DNA of 63,870 bases, filler included, from Olpidium bornovanus S191 (GCA_017911155.1; 31 parts of 31 records of this genome joined end to end with filler, not necessarily neighbours in it); one strand, 5' to 3'; counted from the first letter of the whole stretch, positions 1 to 12,931 are shown. The notes: generated by a model not told the origin, from the letters alone. Translations and numbers: made by a program.

Positions 1-79
1 ACATGAGTTGGTACGTCCGCGACGCAATTGACGGTACGTGCCCGATTTCCCCGATCGTCCTTCTTCCGCGCCCGGCTCA

Positions 80-240
80 CTCCCGACCGACCCACCCAAG
101 ATGGTCGTGCTTAGCAGGGCCAGCAGTATTGCGGTGTGCATCCAGGAGAGGAAGGTCCGCTCGTTCGCGAGGAAGACCTTGGGCTCCACCCGCACCGCAA
201 CCGCCACCGGTTTGGTTTTGGTCTTGGTCCGGAACAGCAT
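80..240 (-). CDS. VTC1: Vacuolar transporter chaperone subunit, Vtc1-like (DUF202); 5' exon, partial
   Basis: ATG at 240 reads MLFRTKTKTKPVAVAVRVEPKVFLANERTFLSWMHTAILLALLSTTILG. VEPKVFxANERTFLSW is the Vtc1/Vtc4 signature. The 3' part lies off the contig. Confidence 0.8.
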
Positions 241-989
241 CCTTCCGGATCCTTTTCTCTTTTTCCCTTTCCTCTTCCTTCCCCTGGTGCCGCCGTCTCT
301 ACCCGACTGGCCGGTCGCGGGGCGTTCCAACACGACGGCGGAGAACGCGGGACCAGACGGGGATCTCTTTCTCTTGCGGGGAAAAAAAAAAATGACAACC
401 GGCCGTCTGTCTCATCTCAGCCCTGCCTGGCAACCAAACTGAACCCCCCCCCCCCCTCCAACTGCGACACGGAACAAGGACCTGATGGTTATCGAACGGA
501 TTTCCGCGCGCCCGAAGGGGGCGAGATTGCACCGGACGAACCCTGCGCACAGACGCAGGTGCAACTGCCCTCTTCCACAGGCGCATCCGCTGGCGGGGCC
601 CCAATGTATGAATGCGCAATGGTCGACCCGCCTCGGCAAACTTGCGCGGCAACATTCCTTTTTCCTTTTATAAAACAATGAGCACCGGGTAGGGTTTCCT
701 CCTGCCAAAAAGACACTCCAGTAGCATTCGCTGTCATTGTGCAGCTGCTCCAGGTGTGCAGAATGCCGGAAATTACATATCACGCCAAGTATGCCGGTAC
801 AAAGTCGTCACAACCAAACGCAACTGCGCATGGGACCGTAGTTTGGAGTGACCACCCCCACCTTACATGGCCAAAACGCCGACGCTTTCTCTCCTCACCT
901 GAGGGTTTACCAGAGGCGGCCAGGCGCACAACTATCTCGGGACACTTTTTCTTTCGTAAGCCGGGGCGCAAAAAAGCGTGGAAACGTGG

Positions 990-1990
990 TCACCTCGCCG
1001 CGACCGTTTCGTCACAATTGGGACAACGCGGGGTCATCCCAGAGCCCCGAGGTCAACGGAGAGTCGATCAAAGTTGCAGTGAGGAAAAGTTCGGCACGCT
1101 TCCCCACTGGCAGAGCGGATGAAGGCGGAATCACGGGTTGGGCGCCCGTGGGCATCGAATTCTCTCGGCGCGCCGGATAAAGATAGGGATAAAGGATCTC
1201 ACGTGTGATTGCTTAAGGCTTGCCGCTGTCACTGAGCACTCCGACGTGCCGAAAAAACTGGGCTCTGTCCCAAAGAGCAATCAATCCATCTCGACCATTT
1301 TCCTCCCATCACCCCATGCAAGACTGGAGGACAACCGCGCAACTTCGGGCATCGACAGGGAAGGGGAGCGTAAGGAGTATACCTTGCCTACAGGTCTTTT
1401 AATGAATAGAACTCCCCCGGCAGTTTCGTCCCTCTTTCCTTTAAAGTTTTACAAAAGGAACAAAAAGCGACCGACCATAAATGCGCATGCGCCCCCAATG
1501 GTCTTTCCGTGAGTGGGCCAACGTAAAAATCAAGAAGTGCAAGCGGACTCTTTCCACGGCCATTGTGGCTGCGGAGGAAGGACGTACAGGTTGGGCCAGC
1601 AGGGCAAGTTCCTCAATATTGATGGCAGAGTGAAAATTTGCAGTTTTGAAAAGCATCGTAAGCCAGCTCGCATGGGAAGGAGCAAGGAACCTAACCTGAT
1701 TGAAAGCAGTACAAGTGATAATGCATCACCTCATTTTTCTGTACCGCCGTGCTCTGCCACGATTTCGCTTCCCGTTCTTGCTCCGATGCAGAGTATTGGG
1801 GCCTCGCAAAGAGGCGCGGGCTCCGTTAACGGTCCTGGATACCATGGCTCGGACGGAGGTTGCTAAGTCCAGACTCGTTGTCGAGGAGAAAAGTCACTGA
1901 GCGCCATTTTACGTACGCCACTGGAACTGGCGAGCTGCTTTCGCGAGCCCAACCTGCCCACGAGATCCTAGAATCCACTCTTCTCCTAAC
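990..1990 (-). CDS. Possible unidentified spliced gene
   Basis: A chain of short open segments bounded by AG and GTACGT/GTGAGA-type donors (e.g. GEEWILGSRGQVGLAKAARQFQW; FLAPSHASWLTMLFKTANFHSAINIEELALLAQP). No family recognised and the exon phases are not fully resolved. Confidence 0.3.
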
Positions 1991-2187
1991 GAAGCAAACG
2001 TGGCTTTAACCTCGGATAAGGTTTTAATCTCGGGCCAGAGCTCTTAGGAGGCAGAAAACCGGCGAGCACCGAAAACCTAGTTACAGACGTTTGCGCATTT
2101 GGGATTCTGAGGCCGTCGTCGCTTTGTCTGTTGCAGGCCTGGCTTTTTTTTTCGTCGTGCGGCGGGCGGGGCACAATCGGACCCATG

Positions 2188-2287
2188 NNNNNNNNNNNNN
2201 NNNNNNNNNNNNNNNNNNNNNNNNNNNNNNNTTAATTAATTAANNNNNNNNNNNNNNNNNNNNNNNNNNNNNNNNNNNNNNNNNNNN
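2188..2287. other. Artificial contig spacer N44-TTAATTAATTAA-N44 (first of 30 in the window)
   Basis: The same 100-nt structure recurs at every gap. TTAATTAATTAA gives stop codons in all six frames, a standard pseudomolecule linker. Confidence 0.98.
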
Positions 2288-2424
2288 GAGAGAGTTAGAA
2301 AGGTGTTGGAAACCGGTCAGCAGCTAAGCACTTCCATTTTCCTCCATACATTTTAATAGGGCAAAACCGGTCAGACCCTGCGCGACGCCACCTTCCGCCG
2401 CTGTTTAAACAAAAAAAAAAAAAG

Positions 2425-2458
<34 letters not shown>

Positions 2459-2468
2459 GGAAGCGGCC

Positions 2469-3571
2469 ATGGTATGCAAAAAATGTACGCAGGTCGAACA
2501 GGGAGAAAAAGAAAAAGGAAAAAAAAAAAAAAAAAAAAAAAGAAAAAAGAAAAAGAGGAAACGCCCCCTCGCCCGTAACCCTCGCGTTAAGGCGGGGAGG
2601 AAGCGGAGGGGGGGGGCCAGGCCTCTGCTTGGTAGCGAGCGCGCGCTTGGGCGATCCCGGACGCCCTTGCGTGGAGCGTACGAAGGAAAACCTGGGCGGG
2701 GGGGAGGGGGGGGGGGGGGGGGGGGGACGCCCGTCCCCGCTTGCGGCGGCGCAAATCTGGTGGGGAAGGAGGGATGGAGCAGGGACCGGCGAGGGTTGCC
2801 CTGCCGGGGGTGGGGTGGGTGTTTTCTTGGCTTTTGCTTACGCCGAGCGCCCTCTCTTTTTTTTTTCTCTCTTCGGGCCGCCCTTGCCGTTGATGCCCTC
2901 TCGATTTCGCGGCTGTCTTTGCTTCCTCCCGCCTCGTTCCCCGACCCCGGTTCGGGCCGCCGTTCGTGCCCGCACGCCTCCTCGCCCCTCAAAAAAAAAA
3001 AGGCGAAAAGAAGTTGGCGAGAGTCGCCTGCCCTGATAAGTGCGTTCTTTTTTTTGCCATGGAGACCACGCTGGGAAGAAACGGCGCATCCTCCCCGCGG
3101 GCGTCGGAAGAGGGTCTGGGCCCTGTTTGTCAAACTGATTTAATTTCCCCCCTTCCCCCCCCCTCCTCCCTCTCTTCCCTCTTTGCGCGGGTTTATTTCT
3201 TTTTTTTCTTCTCTATTTTGGATTTGCAGGTGGAAGGAGGGCGCGCGGAACGTGGCAGGGACGGACTGCGTGGAGGGAAGGGGGGGTAAAAAGATAAAAA
3301 CACTCGAAGCGACGTTTTCGACTGCGCTCGTGCGACCGCGGCCTGGGTTGTCCGGGGCTTTTCTGCTTTTGCGAAGTTCAAGTGAAAAAGCAAAAGCCCC
3401 TTTCTATCCCGAGTCTGACATGCGTTTTTCTTTCCCACGCGTTTTTCCAAAAAAAAAAAAAAAAAAGTCGGCACCGACCGGAAGCTGAATGAAAATAAAC
3501 TTCTATCAAAGTCGGCCAAATCGCGGTTCTCGCCGTACATTGAGAAGTGCAAGATATGCAAGTCGAAGTTG
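2469..3571 (+). CDS. CRIPT: Cysteine-rich PDZ-binding protein CRIPT; 4 exons, 3'-partial
   Basis: Spliced: MVCKKC|EKKLARVACPDK|WKEGARN...|GTDRKLNENKLLSKSAKSRFSPYIEKCKICKSKL. This matches the CRIPT pattern MVCEKCEKKL...PDxWKDGARN...RKLNENK...CxICK. Confidence 0.87.
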
Positions 3572-3872
3572 GTGGGGGAAGCGGGGGGGGGGTGTGTGTT
3601 TTTTTCCCTGTAGTTTCCAGAACGTCCGCTTGATCACGAGGAAAAGAAAGAAGAGGGACTCGCTTGCGATGTGTTCTCGAATTTGGAGTGAGGGAGCCCT
3701 GGGGGGTGTTGGGACGTTTCCCGGCTCACTCACGCGTTTTCTTCTTACCTCGGGGGTCTCTCCTCGTCCCCCNNNNNNNNNNNNNNNNNNNNNNNNNNNN
3801 NNNNNNNNNNNNNNNNTTAATTAATTAANNNNNNNNNNNNNNNNNNNNNNNNNNNNNNNNNNNNNNNNNNNN

Positions 3873-5930
3873 CATGATTGTGACCGTGACCTCGTTGCAC
3901 TGCAGGGGGTCTTTGATCTCGGTTTCCATTTTGACCGCCCGCGGACCGTCCGAAATCAGCGGCGTGGGGCTCTGTCCGTTCTCGTCGACCGGCGGGGGCG
4001 GGAAATTTGCGTTGAGCAGCCGGCCGCGGGCGGCCCGGGAGACCCCTCGCGGCGCGAGCGGAGCGGGCGGCGGCGGCGCGGGCCCGCGGGAGCGCGCGTT
4101 AGAGCGGCCCGGCGCCGGCTCCGGCAGGATCTCCTCAAGTTCCTGGACGCGGGCAGGGCCCGGAAGCGGCTGCTGCGTGCGAGCGGCCGGCGGTGGCTCG
4201 GGCGTGCGCGGGAGCGGCTGCGGCGGAGGCGAAGGCGGAGGCTGGACGGTTTCCCTCGGCTTGGGCGATGGCGGCGCAGCGCGTGGGATGACGGGAGCCG
4301 GTGGAGCATTCGAGACTTTTGCCGACGGAAAACGCGCAACAGATTCCAGTCAGAGAGTTTCCACATTCGGCTACGGTTCGGACCCGCGGCCCGCGCGATC
4401 GTAATACCCACTTTTTCGCCGCTTCTCTTGGGGCTGCGCCACCTGAAAACGGAACGAAAGTTCCACGGGATCAGGCAAGGACCCTTGCGAGCTGTCGTCC
4501 AAGCCGATCGTATGGTCCCGATTGTCCCGTGGACGCCGGAAATAAACAAACGCGTTGACTCCTGGAGGAGTGTCGAGAGCGTCCAACGCGAGTTGGTACG
4601 TGCCTATGGGCGGGAAGACGTCGAACAGCGGCAGATTTAGGAGGATCTCGCCGCCCGCAGCATTGCTCGACGAGAATGACCGCCAGCATCCGCCGTCTGA
4701 CATAACCGTACGTATCCATACGTTCGGAATGGTGGAACGACGGTCGGAAGACACTCCATCCAATAACCAAAGTCTTGACGATGCCTTCCTTCGCTCCTTG
4801 CCCTCCGGCCGTCTCCCCCTTCGCGAGCACGTCCGCGATGGCGTCCAGGAGTCCTTTCTTTTTTTCGGCCTGCCCTTCCACGCGGATAAAAATCTTGTAC
4901 TCGACGATGAAGACCAGCGCCACGCTGTTACCGCCGTCTAAACCTTCGTCGTTCTCTGCAGATGGGCACGGGATGCTGTCCAGCGGGAGCACACCGGAGA
5001 ACTCGAGGTGTTTCGCGTGACTTTTGGCTGACGCCAACGGACGAAGGGCAGTGACGTGCGGCGGCGACAGAAAGGTGTAGGTGTTGTGCAAGCCGACGTG
5101 TAGTCTGCGCTCGATTATCGTCGGCAGAGGCCGCGGAGAATTTGGGTTTTCTCGGAGATCCTTCGCCAAGGCCGACGGGTGTTCTTGGTCGAATGCGGCC
5201 GAGACACGCGTTAGCAGCAGCTCCTCGAACTCGTCGACGGTCGGAAAGAGAGACAATCTGAGCTGTTCCCTAGGAACGTGAGCGCTGCGGCGACAGAAGC
5301 ATATGACTAAACACCAACGGCGGCCGGCCAAAAACGGCCGGCATCGCACCTTCGAAACGGTCCCTTTCACACATTTTGCCATCTTCCACTTAAACACCCT
5401 GGAGCTGATCACCTGCCCAGCCAAGCCGGGTACGTGATCTCCGGCCCCGAGGAGGAAATTGTCCGCCCATAACGAGGTGAACGGCGCCACGCTTTGATCG
5501 ACAGTTATTCGCACAGTCGTAGCGGAGTTTGAAAGTCGCGTCAGCACAGGATTGGGCAGCAAAGGGCCCGATGCCTGGTTGACCGACGGTTGCAAGAAAA
5601 GAACAGCGCGAGGACTTCCAGAGATGATGTCTATGCTGGTCGACCGGTAAAGCGACCAGATGTGGGTCGGAAATACGTCAGAGGGCAATGAACCGATGCT
5701 GCAATCCTCGTAGAACTCACCGGGTTGACCTATGTCCGGCGCCACCTTTGCTGTGTTGTCCGCCATTGAGTATCCTGCCTTCCCCGCTGATGCATTGTTG
5801 GAGGTCAAGACCACCATGGTCAGGGTCAAACAGCGGTAGATACGACCACCCCGCTGACACATATTCCACTTTCGTATCGGCCTTTTCCATGAAATCACTT
5901 CCACCGTCAGATTCGTGCAAGGTTTCCGCT
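3873..5930 (-). CDS. NPHP4: Nephrocystin-4 (ciliary transition-zone protein); internal fragment, spliced
   Basis: Motifs in the correct order: SAGWSYLPLF (C2 domain); IISGSPRAVL; ADNFLLGAGDHVPGL; LSLFPTVDEFEELLL; IIERRLHVGLHNTYTF; ALVFIVEYKIF; a Pro-rich linker; EIKDPLQCNEVTVTIM. From memory these parallel human NPHP4 LYHGTPRALL, FTLYPSLEKFEEELL, ILERRLRVGVHNGLGF, AVIFQLEYVF and EESDCLQSNEMVLQF. Confidence 0.85.
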
Positions 5931-6107
5931 GAAAATCGTGCCGGTCGGTCTCAGTGAACGAGTCCGACAGGCATGGCGCCCAATTCGCTCGGCCAACATA
6001 CCTAGGANNNNNNNNNNNNNNNNNNNNNNNNNNNNNNNNNNNNNNNNNNNNTTAATTAATTAANNNNNNNNNNNNNNNNNNNNNNNNNNNNNNNNNNNNN
6101 NNNNNNN

Positions 6108-6560
6108 AGCAATATCAAGCAAGTGCACAACCGCCACGCAATTTTACCGGCTGTGGGACCTTACCAACAACAATATCAAGCAAGTGCGCAACCGCCACGT
6201 CGTTTGTGGTGCGATCGAATCGGACATGTTAAGCGTTATTGCCGTGATCTGCAAGAAGCCGTCCATAAAGGAGTTGGCCGCTTCGAAGGAGGCCGAATTA
6301 CGCAGTTGAATGGCTCGGTCATGACACTACCACCGACAGCAACAGGAGGCCTTAAAGCTGTGATTGCTGCTGAACGAAAAGATCAGCCACCCCAACCTGC
6401 GGCTCAAACCAACGCCATTCAATTTATTAGCACTTTGCAAAATGTGCCGCACGTTGTTGCTGTCGGCAAAAAACGTGTTCGTCAGGAACTTGAGGCTCAA
6501 GACAAAACAAACCGCGTTCGCCAGACAGGTCCTGAACCTTCCCGTCTCGCACTCTTTCAG
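6108..6560 (+). mobile_element. LTR-retrotransposon gag fragment with a degenerate CCHC zinc knuckle
   Basis: RRLWCDRIGHVKRYCRDL (Cx2Cx4Hx4C with the first Cys lost). A ~28-bp direct duplication lies at 6110/6171. Confidence 0.6.
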
Positions 6561-6689
6561 AAAGTTGCGAGCCACTCACCGAAAACAAGATTGAAGAAGG
6601 AAAAAGGAACAAGAGCCGGAAAAGCAAATTACCGCCCGGTCGCCCATTGTTCGAAGACTCGGCTCGGCAGCGAAAAGGGCGTTCCCGTC

Positions 6690-7260
6690 CTATACCGGAA
6701 TTGATGAGCGCCTTGACTGTCCGACCCAGCTCGGGCACAAAACATTAATTGGGGGCGAACTCTGCCCTGAGATTCCCGGATTGATTGCGACGGGCGCTCG
6801 GGCCCGGTACTTGGCATCGACGGGCGCGGCCGGCAGCGCCGAGGCCTCCACTTTCAAAGGCTCGAACGACGTTTTGCGGGCCTCGGCAACGGTCAGCCAT
6901 TCAGTATCCTCTGCTGCGTCCGCTTTAATCCGGGCGGCCTGTACCGCCACCTGCTTCGTTCGGAGCTGCTGATTGACCGCACGCAGCGGCGACATCAGAA
7001 CCACGTTGGGCAGCGTTGCCACGTCTACCATGACCGTTGCGCCTAGGATTGCATCGACAGCCATCTGCTTGTGATTGCCCTTCTGTACCGGGGTATGCAG
7101 AGCGCGCCCATTTCGGCCCTGCATTGGGTGGCGTCGGCTTCGTCTTAGGCGGCGGTTCCCACTGGTTAAACGCTGCCGCATTTCCCGGAACCGTCATGTC
7201 CACGTCGCGCTCCGCCACAATGACTGGCGACAGCTTCGGAGCCGAAGGCCCAGCTCGGTC
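6690..7260 (-). mobile_element. Ty3/gypsy gag-protease fragment, frameshifted and truncated at the catalytic motif
   Basis: AVDAILGATVMVDVATLPNVV...QQLRTKQVAVQAAR...PELGRTVKALINSG, then an abrupt break. It is a clear paralogue of the ORF at 23608-24321. Confidence 0.75.
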
Positions 7261-7847
7261 ATAAAATCCGAGCTCGCATCAAAAGCTTGGGGGCCTCCGG
7301 TTCGCTGCTGCGCGTCAACAGGCCTGAATTGTCGTCTACTGCATAATGAGCCGGCATTTAGTTATTGGAGGCATTAGAGCCTTTGGGGACGTTGGGGGCG
7401 CCGGGGGGCGTTGGAAATGTTGGCAAAGTTAGCGGCGTCGGTGACTTTTGGGGACGTTGGTGGCGTTGGCGGCTTTTTTTTTTTTTTTTTTTTTTTTTTT
7501 GGCAGTTGGGCCCGGTTGCGTGCCGTGCCGTTTGCAGATTTCGGAATTTCGCACATAAAAAATTCTTGAGATCCACTTTGAGAACATTCCTTTGCTCCCT
7601 CCTTTGGCTCCAAAAATGACAGCAGAAAAAACGCCACACTTCCTCCGCTTCCCCCGTCTCTCTCTCGGCCTTGCTCCCACTTTTCTTTCCTTGACCTCTT
7701 CTGCCCGCGGTCGCAGCGCGCGCGGGACGCTCGAACCGGTGCGTGCCGAGGGGAAGAGGTGTCGCAGGCGTCGTCACGAAGAGAGCAAGCGGCCGCGAGA
7801 AACTCGTAGTGGCCACCTCCACGCGCAGGGCCTAGCAAGGGGCCGCC

Positions 7848-8309
7848 ATGCCGCTGACGAGCTCCACATCGCTGGCGCCCGCCGCGTACACGCCGGTTGC
7901 CGAAATCCCAAAGGTAAAACAAAAAAAAAAAAAAACGGCGCGGTCCAAAGAAAACGACGCGCGCAGGGCGGCGGGGAATAAGGGGGGAGGGGGGGGGGGG
8001 GTTGAAAAGAGTCGGTCAAGGACCCGTCGCCTTTCCTACTCCCTCCCCTTCCCCCCCTTCCCGCTCCCGCGCGGCTTCGCGCTGCCTCCGTCGCCTTCGC
8101 GCTATATCGTCGGCCGGGGAACGAAGGCCGCTTGTACCATGAGCGCCAAACGTTGCTGCTGACTTTCTTTTCTGCCGCTCGCACCACGGTTTGGCTTTTA
8201 CCGGGATGTTAACGCGATTTCCAGATCGTTAACGAGTTGAAATTGAATTTCCGAGCTGGAGTCGTCAGACCGGTCGAGGCTCGGAAATGCCAACTGCGGC
8301 AAATGCTAA
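7848..8309 (+). CDS. Fatty aldehyde dehydrogenase (ALDH3/Hfd1-like); exons 1-2, 3'-partial
   Basis: MPLTSSTSLAPAAYTPVAEIPK| (7848-7913) spliced to IVNELKLNFRAGVVRPVEARKCQLRQML (8225-8309). This resembles the fungal ALDH3 N-terminus YTPxxEIPKI...FRSGKTRPLEWRKxQL. Confidence 0.7.
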
Positions 8310-9302
8310 GTATGCAATTTCTCCTCGCGAGAAATGCTTAAAGAACGTGTCAATCACCGCGCCGAGGCCGTTTCTAATCCTTCGAAATCTGTTCGTTGCT
8401 TGAAACGTGGTCAGAAATCGTCAACGAACGCTCCGAACTCCTTTCCGATGCCCTTTACAAAGGTACCGAGTCTTTCGCCCGTTGCTTTATTTGCTGTTCG
8501 CGGTTTGACATGTCNNNNNNNNNNNNNNNNNNNNNNNNNNNNNNNNNNNNNNNNNNNNTTAATTAATTAANNNNNNNNNNNNNNNNNNNNNNNNNNNNNN
8601 NNNNNNNNNNNNNNAGATTGGACCATCAAGTTACACCGTGTACCGAGTGCAAGCAACACGGGCGATGGACTTTGGAAGGCCGTTGCTCGCCCGCACCTCG
8701 AAGAGATTTGAAAGGAAACGGGAGTGAGGGGCATGTTTCGCGAAGTTGGGAGACCGAGACGGCCGGAGGCCTGCCCTATGGCGCCAGAGGGTCGCCGGCG
8801 GCGGCAGCGGCTGGAGCGGGTGACGACAGCAGCTGTCTCCATGCCTGGTTCACGCTCGGAGAGCGGGGGGCGGCGGCGGCGGGAGCGGGGACAGCGGGGA
8901 AAGGGCGGGGCCAGTCAGGGCAAAAAGCGACAACCGGCAAAACAAACAAAAAGTCCAAAAACAACAAACAAAAAACGAAGACAAAACGCAGCGTGGCGCG
9001 CTCCGCACGCCTTTTCCCCCTCCGCGCTCGTGTTACGGTTCAATTCGGGTAAATTCGAGCTTTTACGAAAAGAAAAACCCGTGTTTTCCGTACCATCCGC
9101 AAAATCGAAATTTAAACAAAAACAACGAAAAAAATCCGACACCCGCCCGTCCCCCGCGGAAGGCGCCCGCTCTCTTTCCCTCCTGCCCCGCCGAAACCCC
9201 CCCCCCCCCCCCCCTCCCCCCCCCCCCCCCCCCAACCCCCCCCCCCCCCCACACACGCCCCCGGAAAACCCTTCGTTCCCCTCGGTCAGACCTGTTCGCA
9301 AC

Positions 9303-10660
<1,358 letters not shown>

Positions 10661-10760
10661 NNNNNNNNNNNNNNNNNNNNNNNNNNNNNNNNNNNNNNNN
10701 NNNNTTAATTAATTAANNNNNNNNNNNNNNNNNNNNNNNNNNNNNNNNNNNNNNNNNNNN

Positions 10761-11135
10761 CATGAAATTTATTTGGATCCCGGCACCAAGGCTAAGTCTT
10801 TCCAGCTGTACCATCTCTCCGAGCTGAAACTCGCGGAGATGAAGCAACAACTGACCGAACTCTTGCGCACCGGACACATATGTTACAGCAAGTCTCCGTG
10901 GGGAGCACCCGTCCTCTTCGTTCGCAAGGCTAACGACAAGCTACGCATGTGCATGGACTTCCGTTACCACAACAAGGCAACGATCAAGGACGCTACCCCC
11001 CTCGGACCGACGAGATTCGCCAGCGCCTTCGAGGCGCGACGCGTTTCTCTGCATTCGGCCTGATGTCTGGCTACCATCAGCTTCAAATTTGATCCGAGGA
11101 CGTCCCAAAAACGACATTCAAATTGCTACTGTCGA
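10761..11135 (+). mobile_element. Ty3/gypsy reverse transcriptase N-terminal fragment, decayed
   Basis: HEIYLDPG...SKSPWGAPVLFVRKANDKLRMCMDFRYHNKATIKDA. After a frameshift it continues as LMSGYHQLQI*SEDVPKTTF. Confidence 0.88.
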
Positions 11136-11624
11136 GAGTACAAGCCCCTTGGCAGGGATGGCAGGGGAGACGGGATGGCGGGGACCCTTGCTGCGTGGTG
11201 GCGCTGGCGCGGTGGGGTAACTTGCCCCCGAGGAACTGGAGGAGTGGGTCAGGCGCTTACCTGAGTGTCACAGTGGTCTTCGACGGCACCTTCGACTACC
11301 CCTCCGACCCGCACTGCGGCCGGTCCCTGAGAGCCAGATCGTCCCTCTCTCACCCGTCGCAAGGAGCGCGCCGACAGCCCGTCGTGGTCTGTCGCGGTTG
11401 CAAGGCGTCCGGGGGGAATCCAAGGTCTGATCTTTCCTTTGTTTTTATTGTTTCGGGGGTGAGGGGAACTATCATACGTGCGCTCGACGGTCCTTTCGAT
11501 GCGCAATACGCGCACGTGACTAAGGGGGGGGGCATCGATTTTCTCCGACAATACACATCGGCGAGCTCCGCTCCCCCAGAAATAGCACCAAGGTTACCCC
11601 TGATCTTATACCTGATCATGATTT

Positions 11625-12150
11625 CTCTCTGTTTTCAGATCCTGTGATCATATCTGGCACCACTATAGCTTATGTTGATAGCTCCCATCAAGTACCATAA
11701 GCGTGCCAAGTCTCGAAATTTTCTACTTTGATCCCTTTTGCTGGTGGCAAGTGATCAGGTTTGGGGTGAAGTGAATACTTATTAATACAATTCTGGTGTT
11801 TTTTTGGATGTTGTGTTCTCAGCATCCTGTAATCAGGTCCTGCGGCATTTTAGCTCGTTGGAAATCCCCCCTCGAGCACTATAAGCGTGCCGAGTTTCAG
11901 AATTTTGTGCTTAGATGTCATTGGCTGGTGGCAAGTGATCAGGTTTGGAGTGAAGTGGAAACTACTTGTACTATTTTCTCTTTTTTCGAATGCTGCGTTC
12001 TCAGCACCCGGTGCAGATCCAGCAGCTGTTTAACTCGTTGGAAATCCCCCGTCGAGTTCTGCAAGAGTGCCAAATTTTAAAATTTATCTTTTGATCTCAT
12101 TGGCTGGTGGCAAGTGATCAGGTTGGGATGAAATAAATATCATGTTGTTT
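11625..12150. repeat. Diverged tandem repeat, ~180-bp unit, ~3 copies
   Basis: The core GCTGGTGGCAAGTGATCAGGTT starts at 11740, 11924 and 12103 (periods 184 and 179 bp). The sequence between cores is also homologous. Confidence 0.85.
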
Positions 12151-12509
12151 ATTTCGGAGTTGCGGGAGGGGCGAAATGGGTTTCTAATCACTGTGCCCGG
12201 GAGCGGTAGGAAGGAACTACGGCTGCAACATGCAGGGGTTCCGGCCAATCACTAACACTTCCCCTCGCTGCAAGGGTTGTCGCCGCCGCAGCGATAAACA
12301 AAAAAAAACAAAATAGGACAAAAACATGCGGGGCGATCACTGCCTAGGGCACCACCCCGAGGCCTGCCGTGTGCTTCTCGTGCTTGACCCGTCCCAACGC
12401 CTTTGTCAGNNNNNNNNNNNNNNNNNNNNNNNNNNNNNNNNNNNNNNNNNNNNTTAATTAATTAANNNNNNNNNNNNNNNNNNNNNNNNNNNNNNNNNNN
12501 NNNNNNNNN

Positions 12510-12644
12510 CATGAGCGCCGGAAGCTGCGCCGACGTCCTCGCGTGGAGGTGGCAGAGGGGAATGCCCGAGACCGCCGTAAGGGGTATCCTTTTGCAGGCG
12601 ATGAGAGGCCTGGAGTACCTGCATTTGTGCGATCTGGTGCACCG
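12510..12644 (+). CDS. STE20-family (OSR1/SPAK/STRAD-like) protein kinase; single internal exon
   Basis: MSAGSCADVLAWRWQRGMPETAVRGILLQAMRGLEYLHLCDLVHR, followed by a GTAAGC donor (kinase subdomains V-VIb). The next exon (DxKxxN) was not found on this contig. Confidence 0.75.
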
Positions 12645-12692
12645 GTAAGCGGATTTGCTGACAGGTCGCCCTCTTTCCTTTTTTTCGGGGGG

Positions 12693-12730
<38 letters not shown>

Positions 12731-12850
12731 GTGATGTATTTTGGGCAGCAGGCTGGCGAAACCACGGCGGCGCCAAGGGACACGAGCAGACGTACGGAGA
12801 ACCTTTCGTTGGTTTGTTTTGGGGCTATTAGCTACGTCAGGCCTATTTTA

Positions 12851-12931
12851 TATGGCGGTCCCCTAGGGACTGCACGGGCTAAAGAAAGATATGGCGGTCT
12901 CCTAGGGACGGACTGCACGGGCTGAAGAAAG
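12851..12931. repeat. Direct repeat, ~39-42 bp, 2 copies
   Basis: TATGGCGGTCCCCTAGGGACTGCACGGGCTAAAGAAAG is followed by TATGGCGGTCTCCTAGGGACGGACTGCACGGGCTGAAGAAAG. Confidence 0.85.

Noticed and set aside
2232-2243. TTAATTAATTAA recurring 30 times, like a regularly spaced repeat
   Set aside because: It is always embedded in N44 flanks, so it is an artificial linker. The ...LIN and ...N ORF ends in the track come from it.
11740-12124. Conserved 22-nt core with ~160-bp gaps as a CRISPR-like array
   Set aside because: The intervening sequences are homologous to each other, the context is eukaryotic, and there are no cas genes.
12150-12350. Possible structured ncRNA or ribozyme after the 180-bp repeat
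   Set aside because: I could not identify hammerhead, HDV or snRNA core motifs or a convincing fold.
12584-12593. GTATCCTTTT, a perfect U12-type 5' splice-site motif
   Set aside because: It lies inside the kinase exon (codons G-I-L) and the frame is continuous through it.
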